Of a stretch of DNA of 64,000 bases, positions 46,956 through 64,000 are shown piece by piece. Made by a program: the position numbers and the translations under genes. The stretch is taken from assembly GCF_009914755.1 (NCBI RefSeq), contig NC_060925.1; one strand, written 5' to 3'. Source of the DNA: the human T2T-CHM13v2.0 reference genome, Homo sapiens. Numbering within the stretch: the stretch's first letter is position 1; each line of letters begins with the position of its first letter. The notes beneath the pieces are model-generated. The model was not told the DNA's origin and ran no database searches. It was given only the letters and a program-made list of their open reading frames with translations.

Positions 46956-47879
46956 CATAGAGAGTGCTGGAGCAGTGTGAGTGAGATGGATAGTGGTAAA
47001 AGGTGACCTTGGAAAAGGAAATTGGGAGGCCAGATTGTGTAGGGTCTTGGTGGCCATGGTAAGGAGTCTGAATTTTGTTCTAAGATGGAAATTCACTGTA
47101 GAGTTTGGTGCTGGGAAGTGACAAGATCACATGTGTATTTTTAAGAGATCACTTTGGGTGCTGTGTAGAAATCAGACTGTAGGAGTCAAGTGTGGAGGGA
47201 GACCAGCATCCAATTACAGCCTGCCATGAACTTGCCAGGTTCCTCTTCCCTTCCTTCAGCACACACTACTCTTTCCCACCGCTTAGCCTAGTTAACACTT
47301 ATTCTTTCAAAATTAGCCCGGATGTCACTTTCTCTAAGAACAACCGCGCCCCCTGCCGCCTCCCCACCTCACACACCTCCTCTAACGCAAACTCATAGCC
47401 CTCACAACTTCTTTGTCACTTTTTCTCCCCCTTTTTTTGAGACAGGATCTCGCTCTATTCCCCAGGCTGGTCTCGAACTCCTAGGCTCAAAAGATCCTCC
47501 CGCCTCAGCCACCCGAATAGCTCCTTTGTCGCTCTTATCACTGTTGTGATTAATTGTACAAATGGCTTAATGGCAGTTATAGCGCCCAGCTCATCAAAGG
47601 CAGTGGCCTGCCAATCGTCAGCGGGCAGGGCAGGGACCAGTCCAGTCCATCCTGGCTCCCATGTGCAGCCCCAGTGCGCATCGCGACACCGGCGCTCGTT
47701 GCCGCGCTCCGTGAACGTTTGTCACATGTCCGAAGAATGAATGAATTATATACCTTTCTTCCCACTCCAGCCCTCAAAAAGCAAGTGGATACAAAGACTT
47801 GAAGATTTTATAATCGCTTCATTAGTAAAATTTGACCATCCTTACCATTAAAAATAATGATAATGATGAAAAAGGCTAA

Positions 47880-48420
47880 GTGCGAACGCCGGGAGGGGAG
47901 AGCTAAAATTCAAAGGGCGAAATATTTATAATGCCTACCGTCGGCGAAGAGAAACAGCAGCCCCAACCGAAGGCAAAAGGAAATCCCACCGCAGCCTCCA
48001 AAGGCGCGTGGGCGGGACTGGAGAATGGGGCCCTGCGCACTAGGCGCGGAAGTCAAGAAGCAGCCCCACCACCCGTGCCGCGAGAAAAGCAGCCCTGGGG
48101 AGGCGGGGCGGGGCCTCACTTGGAAAAGAGACGGTCACTCATCCAGAGGCGGGACTCAGAGCCCCTCCACAAGTCTCATTGGTCCATTTGAAGACGGACA
48201 ACTCTCCCTGACCATCCGTAGCACAGACGGGGCGCAAGCGTATTGGAAAGGGAGCGGGTGCCAGACGCGAGAACTACGCATGCGTCTCAGCGCTTTCCCG
48301 CCAGCACACCCTTAGTGGGTGGGGGGGGGCGATTGAATTCCCACAGTGAGTCCAGCCCACCGAAGCTGAGAGGATTCCTAACCTTCCTCTTCAGAGAGCC
48401 TCAGGTTAGGGAACGTCCAG
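47880..48420 (-). promoter_or_regulatory. CpG-rich distal promoter and probable non-coding first exon of GBAP1
   Basis: CpG enrichment amid Alus; ETS CGGAAGT 48047-48053, GC boxes GGGGCGGGG about 48105, NRF1-like CGCATGCG about 48277; minus-strand donor GTAGGC at 47938. Confidence 0.6.
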
Positions 48421-48824
48421 TGCCCAAAAGCTGCCCTGTGGGAATCCCATTGTCCACCGCCTCTTACCTAATGTTTCGTTCTGGCCTTGCCCCATCTCTT
48501 CCTGAGGCTGGGTTGTTACGATGGTGAATTATTCAAGATGTCTTGCAGCCTGACGCCATCTCTGGGCAGTGCTCCTGCATCCTCCCTGTCTTCCTTGGGA
48601 GGGCACCACGTTGCTCTTACAAGCACAGGGTCCTGAAACTGTTTACAAGGCCCCACTCTGCCACGTTAGTATCTTAACGAGTGTTTGTTGAGGAAGCACT
48701 GTGTGTTAGACCCAGTGCAATGAGCAAGTCCCTGATCTTGTGACCTTACATTCTACAGGACGACACAAACGTATAAACAAAAAATAATTTTAGATAGTGA
48801 TACATGCTTAAAACATGGCTATGT

Positions 48825-51119
<2,295 letters not shown>

Positions 51120-51532
51120 TTACGTGAGACCCTTGGGGCCCTCTACTGTTAACCAGTTCAGGAGAGGTGTAAAAGTTTGTAAAGGATAACCAGAGCACAA
51201 AGTAGAAGAGCAATGTCCTCAAAGGGAAAAATTCAAGAAGATGCTGATTATGGAGATTAATTGCTGCTTCAAGGTCAAGTGAAATGCAGGCAGAGAAATG
51301 GTCACTGGGTCTGACACCACTTTTGGTCACTCAAATTTTGGTCAGAGCAGTGGCTGAAGAAACACAGGGGAAGGAGTCTGATGGGGGTGGGTGATAAGAG
51401 AATGGATGTTTAAGTGTGGAGGGAAGAAAAAGAAAACCTATTGCTATGAAAAGGAGCAGAGATAGAATTCGTGGTTGGAAAGTGTGTCTTGAAAGTTTCT
51501 TTTTTCTTAAAAGTTTCTTGTGCACCATATAG

Positions 51533-54500
51533 CACAAGATCAGCAACCCCTGGCAGAGCCCTTCAGGTACCCAGTATCCCTTGGGGGTGAGGAAGGGTGT
51601 GTACAAGAGGAGAAGCAGGAGATAGGCAGGAATGTGTTGCAACTACGTATGGATAGGCAGCTAAGGTCCTGGTTGGTATACTTTTCTCTCAGTATCAGGA
51701 ACCCTGCCTGCCCTTTGGACCAGTCATGGAGAGGTCACCTCAGTACCACACAAGATCATCACCCACCTTCAAAAAGAGGTGGGTGATTTGGATAGAGGGG
51801 GCTGCCAGTGAGAGAAGTTCAGTCAATTCCGTACAATACACATTTATTGAGCACTAGATATATGCCATGCTAGATGCAGGTGACCCAGAGCATCAAGGAG
51901 CAATAGTCTGGTGGCAGAGACACACACAATGTCACTGTGATGTATTAAAGCAGTCGGCAAGAGATGCAGCTCAGGGCACTGTGGGGATATCCAGAGGCAC
52001 GGTACCTTCTGCCTGTCAGTCAGGGAGGGAGAGGAGCACAGGCTGAAGGAGACTGGAAGACAGCAGTTGGCCTCTGATAGTGGGACTGGAGAGAGATTTC
52101 TAAGGGCCACTTCTTGTTTTCAGGGACTAGGTTGGGCTAGATATGGGGCTCAGGATGGACAAGGCTTAGAGCCAGGTTGGAGAAGATGAAAGAGCATTAC
52201 TAGAGGAGTGGGGAGGCCTAGGCTATGCTCTTTACTCTGCCATTGACTGCGTGATCTTGGGCAGGCCATGTAACCTCTCAGGGCTGTGCACTCCCTTATT
52301 TGTAAAACTAGAGGGCTGGGCCAGCATGTTTTCCAAGGGTTCTTCTAGCATTGACGGTCAGGTTCCAAGAGGGAACACAGTGTCAGAAGTGGGACACTCT
52401 TCCTAATTTCTAATTTCCCAAAGGTTAAGGACCTGGGGAATTAATTGAGAGGCCTGGAAAGAGGATCCAGATAAAAGCCTAAGTTCCTGGCAAGGCCAGG
52501 GCCACTGCCCTGATTGCTTAGGTGTGAACAGAGCTTTTTGTTTCCGAAGTATTCTAAATTATTTCCTAACACAGGGGCATTCAGAGAAAGAGATTCTTAC
52601 CCCCATTCCACAGGGGAGAAACTGAGGCTTAGGGAGATTTAAGGATCATGCTGAAGAGGTTATCTGGGGACAAAGCTTACTCAGGATGTGGTGGGGGATG
52701 CTGAGGAACAGGGACTGGAGCCTGGGAAGGTAGGGCAGGCTGAGACCTGGGGGTATGGATGGAATGTGTATGTGGTAATGGTGTCTGGGCGATGGAATGA
52801 AGTGAAAGAAATAGCCAAGAGCTGGGCACTGAGGGAACAAGCTGGGGGGCCCTGGGCGTGGGTTCCCTGGATCCAGGGAGTGTGAGGATGGCTTTCCCTG
52901 GTTCCTGAGGCATGGACCGAGTCCTAGCCTGCATCTGAGCTCCGTTGTGCTAGCTTTGTGGTGTCTGGGTCGGGAAAGTTACTGTTAGAAAGTTGCTGTC
53001 AGCAGGCATTGTTCCAGCTTTCCATGGAAATTCTGGGAGCTGCTCCTAGTTTGCGGCCCAACCTTTCTTCCTTCTTCTCAATGGGCCCAGGACCTTGACG
53101 GCCAGCGGGCTCCAAGGCCCAGGCTTTTTGCCAACAGCAACAGGCTACTGGCTGGGCCCAGGCAAGGGGGCCTTGGCAGGAAAAGTTCCTTGCTGTACCT
53201 CCACTGCACTCAGAGGCCAGTGAGGGGGGTACCAGACAGGACTCCTTCCTCCCTGGTGAAGTGCCCTTGCAGCTCCCCAGCGTCCACGCCATGGATATTT
53301 CCTCCACAGAAGTACAATGCTGATTATGATCTGTCAGCTCAGCAAGGGGCAGACACCCTGGCCTTCATGTCTCTCCTGGAGGAGAAGTTGATCCCGGTGC
53401 TGGTGAGTGTGCCCAGACCTCCCAGCATCCATGGCCAGCCGGGGAGGGGACGGGAACACACAGACCCACACAGAGACTCAGGAGAGCATGGAGGTCAGAA
53501 GCCCACCTTGAATCAGACAGGTGCACTGGCTCAGACCTGCCTGTTTCTTCCTGCCCACCCAATCCAGGTACATACTTTTTGGATAGACACCAAGAACTAC
53601 GTAGAAGTGACCCGGAAGTGGTATGCAGAGGCTATGCCCTTTCCCCTCAACTTCTTCCTGCCTGGCCGCATGCAGCGGCAGTACATGGAACGGCTACAGC
53701 TGCTGACTGGGGAGCACAGGCCTGAGGACGAGGAAGAGCTGGAGAAGGAGGTAGCTCTGAGACCGGGGGCTATTGTATGAGATGAGCCCCAAGGATGCTG
53801 GCCAGGAATGGGAGTGCTTAGGTGCAGAGGTGGCACTGTTCCCGCAGCTGCAAGCCTACCTGTGTCGCCCCTACAGCTGTACCGAGAGGCTCGGGAGTGT
53901 CTGACCCTGCTCTCTCAGCGCCTGGGCTCTCAAAAGTTCTTCTTTGGAGATGCGTGAGTCTGACTCCAAGAGGGTAATGGGTGGCTTGGAAGAAGATACA
54001 GGTTCAGATGGAGCAGCTGGAGCTGGGGCTGGGGCTGGGGCTGGCTCAGGCTCTGGATAGGAGGTCCCTGAGACAGATACTGGCCCTGGTGACAGTGGGG
54101 CTGTGCGTGGGGCCAGAGCCTTCTCAGAGGTACAAAAGGGTAGGGTGGGAGGGCAGCCAGGCACAGGAAGGGCCTGAAGAGCTGTGGGGCACTGAGTGTG
54201 CCCTTTATGCAGCCCTGGGATAGAGCCCTATTCAGGGCCAGGCTGGCGCCACCTGGGGATCTCTCCCCATACCAGGTCTAGAACTGTGTGTCCTGTCCTT
54301 CCCTGGTGGCCGCCTGCTGCCCAGAGCCCACCTCCCAAGGCTGACTCTTCCTCCAGCTCCATCTTTACCCCTTCTACCCCAGTGGTTCTCCTCCATCCCA
54401 CCCTTCTCTCTCTGCTCCAGCCCTGCCTCCTTGGACGCCTTCGTCTTCAGCTACTTGGCCCTGCTGCTGCAGGCAAAGCTGCCCAGTGGGAAGCTGCAGG

Positions 54501-54993
54501 TCCACCTGCGTGGGCTGCACAACCTCTGTGCCTATTGTACCCACATTCTCAGTCTCTACTTCCCCTGGGATGGAGGTAAGGGGCAGATGGGAGGGGCAGC
54601 CCTGGGGAGAGTGGGCAGGGATCCAAGAACTAGTTCTCCTAACACACCTTCCTTCCTTGACCCTCAGCTGAGGTACCACCGCAACGCCAGACACCAGCAG
54701 GCCCAGAGACTGAGGAGGAGCCATACCGGCGCCGGAACCAGATCCTATCTGTGCTGGCAGGACTGGCAGCCATGGTGGGCTACGCCTTGCTCAGCGGCAT
54801 TGTCTCCATCCAGCGGGCAACGCCTGCTCGGGCCCCAGGCACCCGGACCCTGGGCATGGCTGAGGAGGATGAAGAGGAATGATTTGTCCTCACGCTCCCA
54901 AGACTGGTTTTTCTACTCTCATGCATTCCAGAGGCCCCCGTGCCTCCTCGTTGTTGGTACAGCCGGACACGGGGTGCTGCCACCCAGAATAAA
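51533..54993 (+). pseudogene. MTX1P1: Metaxin-1 pseudogene, 5'-truncated in exon 2
   Basis: Exon-2 remnant 51533-51566, then exons 51699-51778, 53310-53402, 53568-53750, 53877-53953, 54421-54575, 54668-54882; lacks exon 1 and the MTX1 promoter; AATAAA 54988-54993. Confidence 0.96.
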
Positions 54994-55505
54994 GCCACTC
55001 ACACTGACTGGGCTCAAACATTTTCTCCTTTAAGAGCTGCCATTTTTCCTGGCTGGTGCCATAGGAATCATCTGGGTGCCTGGGCACACCCGCTGCTGCT
55101 TTAAGGCTTCCGCCCTGATGCTGACACTGCTGCTCCACGGGCCCAGTTCTGCATCTCCAGGAAAGACAAACAGTCTCCAGTTTTGGGCCCAGCTTTCCTA
55201 GTCTCTTCTTTTCCTTACCCTCAGCCCTGATCTTGTGTTTGTACGGACAGTGAGCTCACCCTAGGCCTGGACCCAGGCCCAGTTTCCAAAGCAAGCAGCA
55301 CACAGCGCATGTTCACATAAGCATGGGGGCTGGGGGGACACTGGGGCTTACTGATCTTTTTCTAGGGGCCTCCAGCCCCTGGCACCACCTAGAGGGGAAA
55401 GTGAGTCACCCAAACCATTGCCCCTGGGCTTACGTCGCTGTAAGCTCACACTGGCCCTGCTGTGCCCTCTTTAGTCACAGACAGCGTGTGAGCTGACTCT
55501 GTCCC

Positions 55506-55511
55506 TTTAAT
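55506..55511 (-). terminator. Candidate proximal GBA1 poly(A) signal ATTAAA
   Basis: TTTAAT on +, about 40 nt after the stop codon. Confidence 0.55.
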
Positions 55512-55551
55512 GCCCAGGCTGAGCCCAGTGCCTCCTTGAGTATCTGCTCCA

Positions 55552-61670
<6,119 letters not shown>

Positions 61671-61826
61671 CCCCTCAGGGTCATTAGATGAAGAGAAGAC
61701 CACAGGGGTTCCAGAGTCTCTGAAGGATAGAGGATCCACTAAACAAAAACAAGGATGCAGGTACCTGCCTTAGCTATAGGCACTAGGTTAGCCCTGCAAG
61801 TAATTCCGGCTTCCCGATGTGGATGG

Positions 61827-61940
61827 GTCATGTGATGACTAGGAGCGTCACATGACACAGGAAGTGAGGCAATCACAGCCATATTTCTAAAGGGCAATTG
61901 GCTTCCTCTCATCTGTTACAGATTATATGCCCTATAAAAC
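61827..61940 (-). promoter_or_regulatory. GBA1 proximal promoter: two CLEAR/E-box motifs, ETS site, TATA-like elements
   Basis: GTCATGTGAT 61827-61836, GTCACATGAC 61847-61856, CAGGAAGTG 61858-61866, TATA-like sequence about 61922-61939; typical of TFEB/USF-regulated lysosomal genes. Confidence 0.8.
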
Positions 61941-62745
61941 TCTGGAGGGCATGTATGGGTGACAACTTTAGGAAGAGCCTAGAACACAGATTTGCATGGA
62001 GAATGGGGTAGAGGCTCCTAAATCCCAGAGGATGGGAACCACAGCAGGCACACTTCTTTTTTGATAGAAATGTCAAAAAGGTACAAATAAAGCTGATATA
62101 ATTTAAAAAAAAAAACTTCACTGTGCAAAATACTGACACTACCAAGATGTTTAAGACAGTCTTTGCCCTATAGAGGTGTGTGAGGCATGGAAGTCAGACA
62201 CACAGATATTTACAGATAAAGACAGAAACGGTAACAGGTGTGCATGGAGAGCTCTCTGAGATGAGGAGGGACCATTCGTGGGTGGGGAATTATCCAGGAT
62301 GGCTTCACAGAGGAAAAAGTGAGGGGGGTTATTAGCCAGTGAAGTGCAGGGCACAAGAGGGTGGGACACTGGCAGTGGGATGACAGGACTGGAGGGAGGG
62401 AGTGGTCAGTGCGGCTCCTCTGCAGCGTCCCTTGTTTCATCATCAGATGCAGATGGTAATAACTGTTCTTCCTTCCTCACAAGACAGGGAGGTTTGTAAA
62501 GTCGTTCAAAAACCAAAGTGTTGTACAAAGCCATATCCTCAGTGGACACAAGGAGGAAGCTGTCCATGGTGTGGCCTCATGAACCACATCAAATGAGATT
62601 TAGCGGGAGTGGCACACACAGTCATGACCTGACTAATCCCAGCTCTCAGCCCATTTCCTTGCCTGGAAAATGGAGGCAATGCCACAACCTCAAAGGGTGG
62701 TTACTGCAGTCAGTGAGGTAAGTGCAGTGCCTGACCACTTGGTAG

Positions 62746-63449
<704 letters not shown>

Positions 63450-64000
63450 CCCTCCAGTAATTAAGTACAGTCTCAGTGAGACAGCAAGTTTGGAATCCTG
63501 GCTACACCATTTACTGGCTGTTTGACTTTCAATAAATCAATCACTCTAAGCCTCTGTTTCATCTATAAAAGGGGAGTGATAACTCCTACCTCACAGAATT
63601 GTTGTGAGGTTTGAGTGTGATAATGTGTCTCTAGTACACTGCTTGACACTAAACATTGCAACATGTCAGGCCTCTGTTCCTGGAGTTCCTTGAAGGAATG
63701 TCTTATGCATTCTAAGTATCCTCGTAGATAGCCTGGCACAGGGGTAGCTGTCAAGTTGTAGAATTGAACTAGTTGCTTCACTATGTCAGTAGCCACCCCT
63801 TCCAGACTTCTCACTTTTCAAGGAAACATTGCACAGGATTTGTTCTGGGTAGGGCAGGTAATATCTAGTACCTTACTTCCCTCAAGTTCATTCATCTCAC
63901 AGATATTTCCTGAGCACATTCTACATTTGCCTCTCCTGCTCTATTGAGTTTAGAAGTCCAAACATCTCCTTCCACTTCCCCTCTGCATAGTGAGCCTCTT

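Overview
Human (great-ape-type) genomic DNA from the 1q22 MUC1-GBA1 gene cluster; not microbial, no CRISPR, tRNA or rRNA. Gene order: 3' four exons of TRIM46 (+); complete MUC1 (-) with an in-frame 60-bp VNTR of about 45 units; MIR92B in a CpG island (+); complete THBS3 (-, 23 exons, 956 aa); MTX1 (+, 466 aa) head-to-head with THBS3; GBAP1 pseudogene (-); an Alu-dense spacer containing a CpG-rich promoter; 5'-truncated MTX1P1 (+); and complete GBA1 (-, 11 coding exons, 536 aa, normal at the hotspot codons checked). MTX1(ex2-8)+GBAP1 and MTX1P1+GBA1 form a ~20.6-kb-offset tandem duplication. Exon coordinates were read by hand from GT/AG sites; for THBS3, MTX1 and GBA1 they sum to the expected protein lengths. 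The locus is well studied, so most structure is known. Best candidates for under-described biology: (i) a 782-codon antisense ORF across the MUC1 VNTR with an ACCATGG start and RGD plus RG/G-rich sequence in every repeat; (ii) three clustered RFX X-boxes plus a CRE upstream of MIR92B; (iii) MTX1P1 keeping an open frame with a possible junction-made splice acceptor; (iv) a 65-bp copy of the CLEAR promoter module found only in GBAP1; (v) GBAP1 carrying the G base equivalent to the GBA1 intron-8 branch-point risk allele. All functional readings of these are hypotheses.
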